Positions 29,021-39,386 of a stretch of DNA of 64,000 nucleotides are shown one piece after another; within the stretch, counting starts at the first letter, position 1; every line of letters begins with the position of its first letter. Source of the stretch: an uncultured Microthrixaceae bacterium (GTDB lineage Bacteria > Actinomycetota > Acidimicrobiia > Acidimicrobiales > VFJN01); assembly GCA_963795165.1 (NCBI GenBank), contig CAWCGT010000001.1, positions 577,168-641,167 of the forward strand, read 5' to 3'. A program made the position numbers and the translations under genes. Under the pieces are notes generated by a model. It was not told the DNA's origin and did no database searches. It saw only the letters and a list, made by a program, of their open reading frames with translations.

Positions 29021-30226
29021 TCAGGAACGCGGGACCTGTGACCAGGGGACGTCCTTGTCGTTGCGCACGTCGCCTGGCAGGCCCAGGACGCGCTCGCCCA
29101 GGATGTTCTTGGCGATCTCCGTGGTGCCACCCTCGATGGAGTTGGCGCGGGCCCGGAGGAAGGCCTGCTGCGGGTTGGCCCACTGCATGGCGTGCTTGGG
29201 ACGAGCCATGGGGTAGCCGTCGGGCTTGAGCATCCCGTCGGGTCCCAGCAGCCCCACGGTGAAGGCGCTGATGTCCTTGTTCAGGTCGGCCGACATGGCC
29301 TTGCCGATGGATCCCTCGGGGCCGGGGGTGCCCACCGCTCGGAGCTGGCTGGACCGGATGTTGGTGAGGCGGAGGACCTCGGCGCGGGTCCACAGCGCCA
29401 TCAGCTGGTCCTTCTTGGCGGGATCGTCGACGCCTCGCTCCCGCCAGGTCCGCACCGCCTCGCCGATGAACCCTGCCCCCTTGGGCGGGATGCCGCCGCC
29501 GATGGCGACCCGCTCGTTCATGAGCGTGGTCAGGGTGGCCCGCCAGCCTTCCCCCACCTCGCCGAGGCGCTCGGCGTCGGGGATGCGGACGTCGGTGAAG
29601 TACACCTCGTTGAACTCGGCCTCCCCGGTGATCTGGAACAGCGGACGCACCTCCACGCCCGGAGCCTCCATGTCCACCACGAAGTAGGTCATGCCCTTGT
29701 GCTTGGGTGCCTCGGGATCCGTGCGGGCGATCAACATCCCGAACTTGGCCTGGTGGGCGAGGGTCGTCCAGACCTTCTGACCGTTGACCACCCACTCCTC
29801 TCCATCGAGCACCGCTCGCGTGGAGAGGCCCGCCACGTCGGACCCGGCGCCGGGCTCGGAGAACAGCTGGCACCACACCTCCTCGCCCGTGAAGAGAGGC
29901 CGGAGGTAGCGGGCTTTCTGGGCATCGGTGCCGTGCGTGACGATGGTGGGGGCGCCCATGCCGTGGCCGATGACGTTGCGGAAGGCGGCCACGGGCGCTC
30001 CGGCGGGGTGCAGCACCTCGTTGATGGTGCGCTGGAGCTTGGGCGACAGGCCGAGCCCTCCGCTCCCCTCCGCGAAGTGCACCCAGGCCAGGCCCAGGTC
30101 GAACTGGCGACCGAGGAACGTGAGCGGGTCGGTGTCGCCCGGCGGCAGCTCCTCCAGCAGCTGGTGGCAGAGCTGGAGGACCGTCGCCTCCTCGGTCCCG
30201 GGAGCGGCGGTGTCGAGCGCTGTCAT
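29021..30226 (-). CDS. acyl-CoA dehydrogenase
   Basis: ORF 29021..30256(-), intact. Motifs are CQLFSEPGAGSDVAGL, GQKVWTT and a C-terminal SIEGGTTEIAKNILGERVLGLP. ATG 30226 is preceded by TAGGGT at 7 nt. Confidence 0.85.
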   Translation of the reverse strand: MTALDTAAPGTEEATVLQLCHQLLEELPPGDTDPLTFLGRQFDLGLAWVHFAEGSGGLGLSPKLQRTINEVLHPAGAPVAAFRNVIGHGMGAPTIVTHGTDAQKARYLRPLFTGEEVWCQLFSEPGAGSDVAGLSTRAVLDGEEWVVNGQKVWTTLAHQAKFGMLIARTDPEAPKHKGMTYFVVDMEAPGVEVRPLFQITGEAEFNEVYFTDVRIPDAERLGEVGEGWRATLTTLMNERVAIGGGIPPKGAGFIGEAVRTWRERGVDDPAKKDQLMALWTRAEVLRLTNIRSSQLRAVGTPGPEGSIGKAMSADLNKDISAFTVGLLGPDGMLKPDGYPMARPKHAMQWANPQQAFLRARANSIEGGTTEIAKNILGERVLGLPGDVRNDKDVPWSQVPRS

Positions 30227-30259
30227 GGTCGCCACCCTACGTGACCGGTGGGTCAAGTC

Positions 30260-31027
30260 TCAGTTGAGGCGGGCTCGCAGCCGGGCCGCCGCCGCCTGGT
30301 CGCGCGGTTCGTCCGAGACCTCCAGCACGTCGGCTCCCTCATCGAAGCGACCCGAGGCGCCGAGGAGGACCCCGAGCTCGCGTCGGTCGGTCTCCGTGGC
30401 GCCGGGGACCTCGAGTCGGAGCGACAGCGCCCAGCACAGGCCGGCGCGATCTCCCGCCCGCCGGAAGGCGTGGACGAGGTTGGTCAGCACCCGCGCCACG
30501 ATCGCCAGCGGAGGCGATGGGTCGAGGTAGCGCTCGTCCCACGGGCCGGGGGCACCGAGCCCATCGAAGACCGCTCGGCAGCCCTCGACGTCGAGGACCC
30601 GCCCGTCGTGGAAGGCGTCCAGGTACCGGCCGGGCTCGGCCACCGAGGCCGCCAGGAAGTGCCCCGGCATTCCCACCCCCGCCAGCGGGACCCCGCAGCG
30701 ACGACCCACCTCGATGGCCACCACGGCGAGGGTGATGGGGATCCCGCGCCGACGGTCCAGCACGTCGGGCAGGAGGGAGTTCACCGGGTCCTCGTAGGTG
30801 ACCCGGTCGCCCTGGAAGCCGAGCTCGTCGAACAGGTGCGAGCGGAGCCCGTCGAGGGTCGGCTCGCGCACCCCCGCTGCCAGCTGGTCGAGCCGATGCA
30901 GCTGACCCGGCACGTTGAGCCCGGGGTGGGCGTGAGCCGCCACCAGCAGGAGCGCCTCGTCGAGCGGCGGCGGCCGACCGGCGTCGCCCACCAGCGCCGC
31001 GAACCGTCGGGTGGGGTCGTCGGCCAC
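30260..31027 (-). CDS. transglutaminase-like/SirB1-family protein
   Basis: ORF 30260..31090(-), intact. The family core is YEDPVNSLLPDVLDRRRGIPITLAVVAIEVGRRCGVPLAGVGMPGHFLA. GTG 31027 is preceded by TACCGT at 6 nt. Confidence 0.6.
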   Translation of the reverse strand: MADDPTRRFAALVGDAGRPPPLDEALLLVAAHAHPGLNVPGQLHRLDQLAAGVREPTLDGLRSHLFDELGFQGDRVTYEDPVNSLLPDVLDRRRGIPITLAVVAIEVGRRCGVPLAGVGMPGHFLAASVAEPGRYLDAFHDGRVLDVEGCRAVFDGLGAPGPWDERYLDPSPPLAIVARVLTNLVHAFRRAGDRAGLCWALSLRLEVPGATETDRRELGVLLGASGRFDEGADVLEVSDEPRDQAAAARLRARLN

Positions 31028-31033
31028 GACCCC

Positions 31034-31053
31034 ACGGTACCGGCGGGTACGTT
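31034..31053. promoter_or_regulatory. two putative -10 boxes for divergent leaderless genes
   Basis: On the - strand, TACCGT (31039-31034) lies 6 nt before GTG 31027. On the + strand, TACGTT (31048-31053) lies 6 nt before ATG 31060. Confidence 0.35.
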
Positions 31054-31059
31054 GCGCCC

Positions 31060-32617
31060 ATGTTCCCCGGGGACTTCGCCAACACCGCACCCGACCGAGC
31101 CGCCGTGGTCATGGCCACCAGCGGCGAGGTGGTCACCTACGCCCAGCTCGACGAGGAGGCCAACCGCCTCGCCCGCGTGCTCCGGGCCGCCGGCCTCCAG
31201 CCAGGCGACCACGTGGCCCTGTGCCTGGAGAACTCGGCCCGATTCCTCCCCGCCATCTGGGGCGCCCACTACGCCGGCCTCTACTACACCGCGATGAGCT
31301 CGCGGCTGACCACCGACGAGATGGCGTACATCATCGGCGACTGCGGCGCTCGGGCCTTCATCACGTCCCGCCACAAGGCGGACCAGGCCGACGCCCTCGT
31401 CGACCAGATGCCCGACGTGCGCCTGCGCCTCATGCTCGACGGCGCAGTCGAGGGCTACGAGCCCTACGAGAGCACCCTCGCCGGGCACCCCGGCACCCCC
31501 CTCGCCGAGCCCCGCGTCGAGGGCCAGGACATGCTCTACAGCTCGGGGACCACCGGCCGCCCCAAGGGCGTCAAGGTCCCCCTGCCAGATGCCCCCCTCG
31601 GGGAGGGGCCCGACGCGGTGAGCGGGCTCTCCCAGCTGCTCTTCGGCGCCGACGAGACCACCCGCTACCTGTCTCCTGCGCCGCTCTACCACGCCGCCCC
31701 GCTCCGGTTCTGCCGGGCCGTTCACCGACTCGGCGGCACCGTCGTGGTGATGGAGCACTTCGACCCGGAGCAGTACCTGGCCTTGGTCGAAGCCCACCAG
31801 ATCACCTTCAGCCAGGTGGTTCCCACCATGCTGATCAAGATGCTCAAGCTCCCCGACGAGGTGCGGTCTCGTCACGACCTCTCGTCGCTGCGGGCGGTGG
31901 TCCACGCCGCCGCCCCCTGTCCGGTGGAGGTGAAGCGACAGCGTCATCGAGTGGTTCGGTCCGATCCTGCACGAGTACTACGCCGGTACCGAGGGCAACG
32001 GCTTCGTGTACTGCGGCAGCGAGGACTGGCTGGCCCACCCCGGGACGGTGGGCAGGGCGTTGGTGGGCACCGTCCACATCGTGGGCGATGACGGCGAGGA
32101 GGTGGCCACTGGGGAGTCCGGCACCGTGTACTTCGAAGGCGAGGCGGCTGCCACCTTCGAGTACCACAACGACGCCGAGAAGACAGCCGACTCCCGCGAC
32201 CCGAAGGGACGGGGGTGGAGCACGCTGGGCGACGTCGGTCACCTCGACGACGACGGGTTCCTCTACCTCACGGACCGCAAGGCCTACATGATCATCACGG
32301 GCGGCGTGAACGTGTACCCGCAGGAGGCGGAGAACGTGCTCGCCCTCCACCCCGAGGTGGCCGACGTCGCCGTGTTCGGCGTGCCCCACGAGGACTTCGG
32401 CGAGGAGGTCAAGGCGGTGGTGCAGCCGGTGACCATGGAGGGGGCCGGCCCTGAGCTGGAGCGGGCGCTGATCGACTACTGCAAGGAGCACTTGGCCGAC
32501 ATCAAGTGCCCGCGGTCGGTCGACTTCCGCCACGACCTGCCCCGCCACCCCACCGGCAAGCTGTACAAGCGACTGCTCAAGGACGAGTACTGGGCGGCCG
32601 CTGATCGGGCCATCTAG
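31060..32617 (+). CDS. AMP-dependent acyl-CoA synthetase/ligase; one frame change as read (~31940)
   Basis: ORF 31060..32091 carries MLYSSGTTGRPKGV. ORF 32006..32617 carries GDVGHLDDDGFLYLTDRKAYMIITGGVNVYPQE and ...PTGKLYKR. Confidence 0.8.
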
Positions 32618-34281
32618 CGGCGGCGGCGGTCGCCGACCACGATGCTCAGCACGAGGGCGACGCCGAGCAGCGAGGCGGCGAGGAAGGCGACGATGGCGAG
32701 CGCCGGGTAGCCCAGCAGTCGCATCTCCGTCTCCACCCGCATGAGCATGGCGGCCCCCACGATGAGGGCGGCCACGATCAGGCCGGTGGCCACCCGGTTG
32801 GCCACCCGCTCGATGCTCCCGAGCAGGCGGCTCTCGTCGATTCCCTGCACGTTCAACGTGAGCTGTCCCTCGGCCAGGGCGTCCATCACCCGGTTGACCC
32901 GTCCGGGAAGGTGCTCAGCGAACTCCTTGGCGTCCATGGCGGCGTGGAGGAGGCCCGCCGGGGACGCGGCTCCGGTGAGCCGGTCACGGAGGATCTTCGC
33001 GGTGTGCTCCTGGATGGCGGCGTTGGGGTCGAAGTCGGGGTCGAGGACCTGCGCCACGCGATCCAGGTTGAGGAGGGCCTTGCCCACCATGGTCATCTCC
33101 GGGGGCGGACGGAGACCGCACAGCGCGGCGGCCCGAGCCAGCTCGCCCACCAGCGCGCCGGCTTGGATGTCCCCCACGCTGGTCGATCGGTGCTCCAGGA
33201 CCAGGCGACCGATCTGGCGGCGGTACTCCTCAGCGTCGAAGTCGCTGGCCCGCTCCCCCATGCTGATGAGCACGTCGGCCACCTCGGCCGCCCGGCCCTC
33301 GCTCACCGATGCCAGCAGGCGGACGAGGCGATCCTGGAGGTCGGGCGCGACGCGGACGACCATGCCGAGGTCGATCAGGGCCAGGTCTCCGTCGACGGTG
33401 AGGAGGACGTTGCCCGGGTGAGGGTCGGCGTGCACGAACCCGTGGACCAGGATCTGGTCGAGGTAGGCGCGGAAGAGCTGCACGGCGAGCGGCCCGCCAT
33501 CCAGCTCCATCTGTGCCAACGGACCCAGGTTGCCGATGTTGCGCCCCTCGACCAGGTCCATCGTCAGGACCAGCGCGGTGGTGTAGCTGGCGATGGGCCG
33601 GGGGACCACGATCCGATCGTGGTCGGCCATGTGCTCGGCAAGGATCCGAAGGTTGTCGGCCTCTCGCCGGTAGTCGAGCTCGGCCAGCAGGGCGCGTCGG
33701 AACTCGGCGGCCATGTCCGCGAACCGGAGGCGGTCACCGGTACGGGTGTGGTCGTCCACGAAGGTCGCCAGCTCCTCGATCACCGCCATGTCCTCGGCCA
33801 CCTGGTCGTTGATCCCGGGGCGCTGCACCTTCACCGCCACCCGGCGTCCGTCGCGGAGGACGGCGCGGTGCACCTGTCCCAGCGAAGCGCTGGCCATCGG
33901 GCGGTGGTCGAACTCCAGGAAGGCACGCGACAGGCGAGCCCCGATCTCGCGCTCCACGATGGCCTCCACCTCCGCGAACCCGAAGGGCTCCACGTCGTCC
34001 TGGAGGCGGGCCAGCGCATCGAGGTACACCGGCGGAAGGAGGTCGGCCCGGGTGGACAGGAGCTGCCCGAGCTTCACGAAGGTGGGACCCATCCGCTCCA
34101 GGTCGGCGACCAGCTGCTCGGCATCCTCGGCGGTGGGGGGCTCGCCATCGTGGTCCACGAGCGCGGTCCCCCGGTGCTTGAGGAGGAGCGCGCCGACGGT
34201 GGCGTAGCGACCGAGGTGCTTCGGCTGAAGTGACGCTGCCACCGGCGTGTCCTGCCCAAGGGGCCAGCGGCCTAACCGCAA
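32614..34281 (-). CDS. ABC1/UbiB-family atypical kinase with C-terminal TM helices
   Basis: ORF 32614..34281(-), intact, 555 aa. Motifs are FVKLGQLLSTR, ASASLGQVHRA, VAVKVQRP and HADPHPGN. Confidence 0.8.
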   Translation of the reverse strand: MRLGRWPLGQDTPVAASLQPKHLGRYATVGALLLKHRGTALVDHDGEPPTAEDAEQLVADLERMGPTFVKLGQLLSTRADLLPPVYLDALARLQDDVEPFGFAEVEAIVEREIGARLSRAFLEFDHRPMASASLGQVHRAVLRDGRRVAVKVQRPGINDQVAEDMAVIEELATFVDDHTRTGDRLRFADMAAEFRRALLAELDYRREADNLRILAEHMADHDRIVVPRPIASYTTALVLTMDLVEGRNIGNLGPLAQMELDGGPLAVQLFRAYLDQILVHGFVHADPHPGNVLLTVDGDLALIDLGMVVRVAPDLQDRLVRLLASVSEGRAAEVADVLISMGERASDFDAEEYRRQIGRLVLEHRSTSVGDIQAGALVGELARAAALCGLRPPPEMTMVGKALLNLDRVAQVLDPDFDPNAAIQEHTAKILRDRLTGAASPAGLLHAAMDAKEFAEHLPGRVNRVMDALAEGQLTLNVQGIDESRLLGSIERVANRVATGLIVAALIVGAAMLMRVETEMRLLGYPALAIVAFLAASLLGVALVLSIVVGDRRRR

Positions 34282-34309
34282 CCTGGACGTGCTCTACCCT
34301 CGGCGGTCA

Positions 34310-35080
34310 GTGCCTGCCAACGCCGCCTACCCGTTCCTCGACTGGCCCGGGCCCTTGGCGTTCGCCCATCGCGGCGGAGCCAGCGAGGCGCCCGAGAACA
34401 CCATGCCGGCCTTCGAGCACGCCGTCAGGCTCGGGTACCGCTACCTGGAGACCGACGTGCACCTCACCGCCGACGGCGTCCTGGTGGCCTTCCACGACGA
34501 CCGCCTGGATCGGGTGACCGATCGGGCCGGCCTGATCGCCGAGCTCCCATGGTCGGAGGTCCAGCGGGCGCGCGTCGACGGCCGGGAGCCCATCCCGCGG
34601 CTGGAGGACCTGTTGGGGGCGTGGCCCGAGGCCCGGGTGAACATCGATCCGAAGCACGATGCCGCCGCCGCTCCGCTCGCTGAGGTCCTGCGCCGCACCG
34701 GCAGCGTCGACCGCGTGTGCATCGGCGCCTTCAGCGATCGGCGGCTGGCACACGTGCGGCAGCTGACCGGTCCGGGGCTGTGCTCGTCGGCCGGCCCCAA
34801 GGAGGTGGTCCGACTCGTGTCGGCTTCCCAGCGTGGGCCCGGCGCCGGACGGGTTCAGTCCCCCTGCGTGCAGATCCCACCGCGCCAGGGGCGGGTGCCG
34901 CTGGTGACCCGACGCCTGGTGGAGGCGGCCCACCGGATGGGCGTGCAGGTCCACGTGTGGACCATCGACGATCGAGCCGAGATGGCTGCGCTGCTCGACC
35001 TGGGGGTGGACGGGATCATGACCGACCGACCGGGGGTGCTGAAGGACCTGCTGGTGGAACGCGGGACCTGGGTGACCTAG
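34310..35080 (+). CDS. glycerophosphodiester phosphodiesterase
   Basis: ORF 34247..35080, intact. Motifs are AFAHRGGASEAPENT, YLETDVHLTADGVLVAFHD and VHVWTID. I prefer GTG 34310 (TACCCT 9 nt upstream), which avoids overlap with the divergent kinase start. Confidence 0.8.
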   Translation: MPANAAYPFLDWPGPLAFAHRGGASEAPENTMPAFEHAVRLGYRYLETDVHLTADGVLVAFHDDRLDRVTDRAGLIAELPWSEVQRARVDGREPIPRLEDLLGAWPEARVNIDPKHDAAAAPLAEVLRRTGSVDRVCIGAFSDRRLAHVRQLTGPGLCSSAGPKEVVRLVSASQRGPGAGRVQSPCVQIPPRQGRVPLVTRRLVEAAHRMGVQVHVWTIDDRAEMAALLDLGVDGIMTDRPGVLKDLLVERGTWVT

Positions 35081-36599
35081 TGGAGCTGCCCGCTCACGCC
35101 CCTCGACTTGCTCGACGCGGGCCCGGCGCCTGTTCCCCGACCGCGAGGGGGTCATCGACGGTGCGGAGCGCTTCACCTACGGCGCACTTCGCGACCCGGT
35201 GCGATCGGCTGGCCCACGCCATCCAGGGCGACCTCGGCGTCCGGCCCGGTGACCGGGTGGCCTGGCTCTGCGGCAACACCCACCAGCTGCTCGAGGCCTA
35301 CTACGGGGTGCTCCTCGCCGGGGCGGTGCTGCTGCCGCTCAACGTCCGACTGGCCCCCGCCGAGCTGCGCGCCATCCTCGACGACCGCCGATGCCGCGGT
35401 CCTGTTCCGGCACCCCGACCTCCCCGACCCGGGGCACGCCGTCGCGCACAGGTCGTCCTCGGCGACGAGCTACGAGGCCCTCCTGGCCGCCCAGCCGTCT
35501 GCGCCGACCCGACACCCCGCCCGTCGACGAGCGCGCCCCGGCCGAGATCTTCTACACGTCGCGGCTCCACCGGATCGCCCAAGGGTGCGGTCCTCACCCA
35601 CCGCGTCGCTCTACCTGCACGCCATCCACAGCGCGCTGACCATGGGCCATCACCGGCGACGACGTGGTGCTGCACACCATCCCGCTGTTCCACGTCAACG
35701 GCTGGGGCACCCCCCACTACGTCACCGGTCTCGGCGGCGTCGCACGTCCTGCTCCCTCGCTTCGACGCCGGCGAGGTGCTGCGGCTCGTCGAGGCCCACG
35801 GGGTCACCCGCCTCTTCCTCGTCCCCGCGATGGCGCCGCCTGCTCCTCGACCACCCGATGTCCACCGAGCGCGACCTCGTCCTCGGTGCGGCAGGTGTCG
35901 ATCGGCGGCGCCGCCATCGAGCCAGGGGCTGCTGGCCGAGGTGGAGGCCCGGTTCGGCTGTCAGGCCATCTGCGGCTACGGCATGACCGAGTCCGTCGCC
36001 CACCCTCACCCGCAGCCTGCCGAAGCCGGGCCGAGCCTCCACCGCCGCCCAACGAGCCACCACCGGCCTGCCCATCCTCGGGGTCGACGTCCGCGTGCTC
36101 GGGGACGGCGACGCCGAGGTGGCCTGGGACGGGGCCACCGTCGGCGAGGTGTGCGCCCGCTCCAACCACGTGATGACCGGCTACCTCGACGATCCCGAGG
36201 CCACGGCCGAGGTCCTTCGAGGCGGGTGGCTGCGCACCGGCGACCTCGCCGTCGTCGATCCCGACGGCTACCTGACCATCGTCGACCGCGCCAAGGACCT
36301 CATCGTCTCCGGCGGCGAGAACATCGCCTCCGTCGAGGTCGAGCAGGCCCTGGAGGCCCATCCGGCGCGTGCGGGAGGCCGCGGTGGTGGGGATGCCCGA
36401 CGAGCGGTGGGGCGAGGTGCCTCGGGCCTTCGTCACGCTCGTCGAGGGCGCCGCGGAGATCAGCGAAGCCGACCTGGTCGGCTGGGTGCGTGCCCGGCTG
36501 GCGCCCTTCAAGGCGCCCAAGTCGGTGATCGTGCTGGAGCACCTCCCCACCGTCGGCACCGGCAAGGTGGACAAGCAGGCGCTTCGGGCCTGGCCCTGA
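35080..36599 (+). CDS. AMP-dependent synthetase/ligase (fatty-acid-CoA ligase type); many frame changes as read
   Basis: Pieces lie in ORFs 34717..36528, 35108..35986, 35391.., 35664.., 36095..36688 and 36369..36599. Motifs are GSTGSPKGAVLTH, IPLFHVNGWG, GYGMTE, TGDLAVVDPDGYLTIVDRAKDLIVSGGENI and PTVGTGKVDK. Confidence 0.7.
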
Positions 36600-36632
36600 C
36601 GGCCGGCGGTCGGTGGCCAACCTCGGCGGCGC

Positions 36633-37866
36633 TCAGGCGAGCGCCTCCACCAGCACGGCCAGGCCGTGATCGAGCTCGTCGTCGGTGATGGTGAGGGGAG
36701 GGATGAGGCGCAGGACGTTGCCGTCGGGTCCGCAGGTCAGGACGATCACGCCTTCCTCGAGGCAGCGACGCTGCACTCCTTCGGCGGTCTCCTTGTCGAC
36801 CAGCTCCACGCCCACCATGGCGCCGATCCCCCGTACCTCGACCACCGACGCCCAGGCCCCGTTTCGCAGTGCAGCTCGTGCCCGCTCGCCGATGGCTGTA
36901 GCCCGAGCGCAGAGGTCTTCCGCCTCGAGGACCTCCACGGTGGCCACCGCCGCCGCGCACGCCACCGGGTTGCCGCCGAAGGTGGAGCCGTGGGTCCCGT
37001 TGGGCCACTGGGCCATCAGGTCGGCCCCGGCCATGATCCCCGCCAGGGGAAGACCCGAGGCCACGCCCTTGGCGAAGAGCACCACGTCGGGTGCCACACC
37101 AAAGGTCTCGGCGGCGAAGGGCGAGCCGGTGCGGCCGAACCCCGTCTGCACCTCGTCGAACACGAGCAGGATCCCGTGCTCGTCGCAGCGCGAGCGCAGC
37201 CCTTCGAGCCAGGCCACCGGCGGCACGATGTAGCCGCCCTCACCCAGCACCGGCTCGACGATCATGGCGGCCACCGTTTCCGGTGGTGCGTCGGTGCCGA
37301 GGAGCCGGTCGAGGTCGTCGAGGGCGCCATCGACGTCGCCGTAGGGCGCCAGGTGCACCGAGGGCAGGAGGGGTCCGTAGCCCTCCTGGTAGGCGGCCTT
37401 GGCCGTGGTGAGGCTGGTGGCCCCCATGGTGCGACCGTGGAAGGCGCGCCGGAAGGCGACGATCCCGGGCTTGCCGGTGGTGCGACGGGCCAGCTTGATC
37501 GCTCCGTCGACGGCCTCGGCGCCGGTGTTGCACAGGAACACCTGCGGGCGATCGAGGAACGGCGCCAGCCTCGCGATGGCCTCACAGGCGTCGCACGTAG
37601 GGCTGGTGCTTGAGCACCACCGAGGTGTGCAGAAGGAGGTCGACCTGGGCGTGGATGGCCGCCACGACATGGGGATGGCGATGCCCAGTGTTGGTGACCG
37701 CGATGCCGCTGCCGAGGTCGAGGAAGCGGCGACCCTCCACATCCCACACCCACGATCCAGCCGCCCGCTCCGCCACGACGTCGAAGTAGCCGGGCAGCAC
37801 CGGCGCCACCACGTCGTGATAGCGCTCCAGCCAAGAACGGGTGGCAGTGGTGTCCATGGTGGTCAT
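36633..37866 (-). CDS. class-III (omega) aminotransferase, GabT-like; one frame change as read (~37590)
   Basis: The N-terminus lies in ORF 37582..37866. The body lies in ORF 36633..37742 with NTGAEAVDGAIKLAR, VFDEVQTGFGRTG, LFAKGVASG (PLP Lys) and GSTFGGNP. Confidence 0.8.
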
Positions 37867-37867
37867 G

Positions 37868-39313
37868 TCAGGTCGCCTCCCGGTTGTCGATCTGTGCTCG
37901 CTGCAGGCGACCCGAGTAGTCGATGTACACGGTCTTCACCTGACTGAACTGCTCGATGCCGCGCGCCCCGGCCTCACGGAACCCGTTGCCGGTGTGCTTG
38001 GTCCCGCCGAAGGGCAGCGGGATCTCCGCCCCGATGGTGGGGGCGTTGACGTAGGCGATCCCCGTGTCGATGGCCTCCACGGCGCGAAGGGCGGTGGCGA
38101 GGTCGCGCGTGTAGACGGCGGCCGAGAGCCCGTACTCGACGGCGTTCACCACCGCGATGGCCTCGTCGACATCACCGACCTCCAGCACGGACAGCACCGG
38201 CCCGAAGACCTCTTCCCGGGCCACGGTGTGGCTCGGCTTCACGCCGGTGAGGATGGCAGGGGTGACGAACGTGCCGTCGGTGCAGCCCTCGACATCGCGA
38301 CGGATACGCCCGCCCGTGGCCAGGGTGGCCCCCTCGGTCACCGCAGCCTCCACCATGGCCAGGATGCGGTCCCCGCTCTGGGCGGTGATGACTGGGCCGA
38401 CGTCGGTGGTCGGAGCCAGCGGGTCGCCGAGCACCAGCGCCTCGGTGCGTGCCACCAGTCGTTCGACCACCTCGGCCGCCACACCGCGCTGCACGATGAG
38501 CCGCGACGTCGAGGTGCAGCGCTGACCGGCCGTCCCGAAGGCGCCGAAGAGGGCCCCGTCGAGGACCAGCTCGAGGTCGGCGTCGTCGAGCACCACCATC
38601 GCGTTCTTGCCGCCGAGCTCGAGGCTCACCAGCTTCGGGCCGACTTCCATGGCCGCGGCGGCCACCTTCCGCCCGGTGGGCACCGAGCCCGTGAACGACA
38701 CCGCCCCGACCCCAGGGTGGGTGGCCAGTGCCGACGCGGGCTCTGCACCTCCGTGGACGACCTGGAGGAGGTCGGCGGGGATCCCGGCCTCCACGCACGC
38801 CTGCACGAATGCCATCCCGCAGGCCGGTGCCAGCTCGGATGGCTTGAGCACCACGCCGTTCCCCGCGAGCAGGGCCGGGAAGATCTTCCAGCTCGGGATG
38901 GCCATCGGGAAGTTCCAGGGGGTGATCATCCCCACCACCCCCACCGGGATCCGGGTGGTCCAGGCCAGCTTGTCGGGCAGCTCCGAGGGCACCACCTCCC
39001 CCATGGCGGATCGGCTCTGGCCGGCCACGAAGGCGGCCATGTCGATCGCCTCCTGGACCTCCCCGGCCCCTTCCACCCGGACCTTGCCAGCCTCGCGGCT
39101 CACCAGATCGGCCAGCTCTGCCTTGCGGCGGGTCAGGACCGCCCCGACGGCTGCCACGGCCTCGCCTCGCTCCGGCACGGGGCGTCGAGCCCAGGCCCGC
39201 TGGGCCTCAGCGGCCCGTTGAACCGCCCCGTCGACGTCGCTGACGCTGGCGGTTTCGACCGCCATCACGACCTCGGCAGGGCGGGCCGGGTTCGTCGATC
39301 GCAGGGTGGGCAT
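37868..39313 (-). CDS. NAD(P)-dependent aldehyde dehydrogenase
   Basis: 3' 481 codons of ORF 37868..39538(-), intact. Motifs are ITPWNFP, LELGGKN, GQRCTS and EEVFGPV. ATG 39313 is preceded by AGGAG at 7 nt. Its stop is adjacent to the aminotransferase start. Confidence 0.85.
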   Translation of the reverse strand: MPTLRSTNPARPAEVVMAVETASVSDVDGAVQRAAEAQRAWARRPVPERGEAVAAVGAVLTRRKAELADLVSREAGKVRVEGAGEVQEAIDMAAFVAGQSRSAMGEVVPSELPDKLAWTTRIPVGVVGMITPWNFPMAIPSWKIFPALLAGNGVVLKPSELAPACGMAFVQACVEAGIPADLLQVVHGGAEPASALATHPGVGAVSFTGSVPTGRKVAAAAMEVGPKLVSLELGGKNAMVVLDDADLELVLDGALFGAFGTAGQRCTSTSRLIVQRGVAAEVVERLVARTEALVLGDPLAPTTDVGPVITAQSGDRILAMVEAAVTEGATLATGGRIRRDVEGCTDGTFVTPAILTGVKPSHTVAREEVFGPVLSVLEVGDVDEAIAVVNAVEYGLSAAVYTRDLATALRAVEAIDTGIAYVNAPTIGAEIPLPFGGTKHTGNGFREAGARGIEQFSQVKTVYIDYSGRLQRAQIDNREAT

Positions 39314-39373
39314 CGGGGCGCTCCTCATCACGGGCGGGATGTGCAACGTCTGTACCGCCTTGGCCCGGCATTG

Positions 39374-39379
39374 TAACAT
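39374..39379 (+). promoter_or_regulatory. putative -10 box (TAACAT) for a leaderless RpiR gene
   Basis: A TAnnnT hexamer lies 7 nt upstream of ATG 39387, in a locally AT-richer stretch. Confidence 0.3.
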
Positions 39380-39386
39380 CCGTTGC

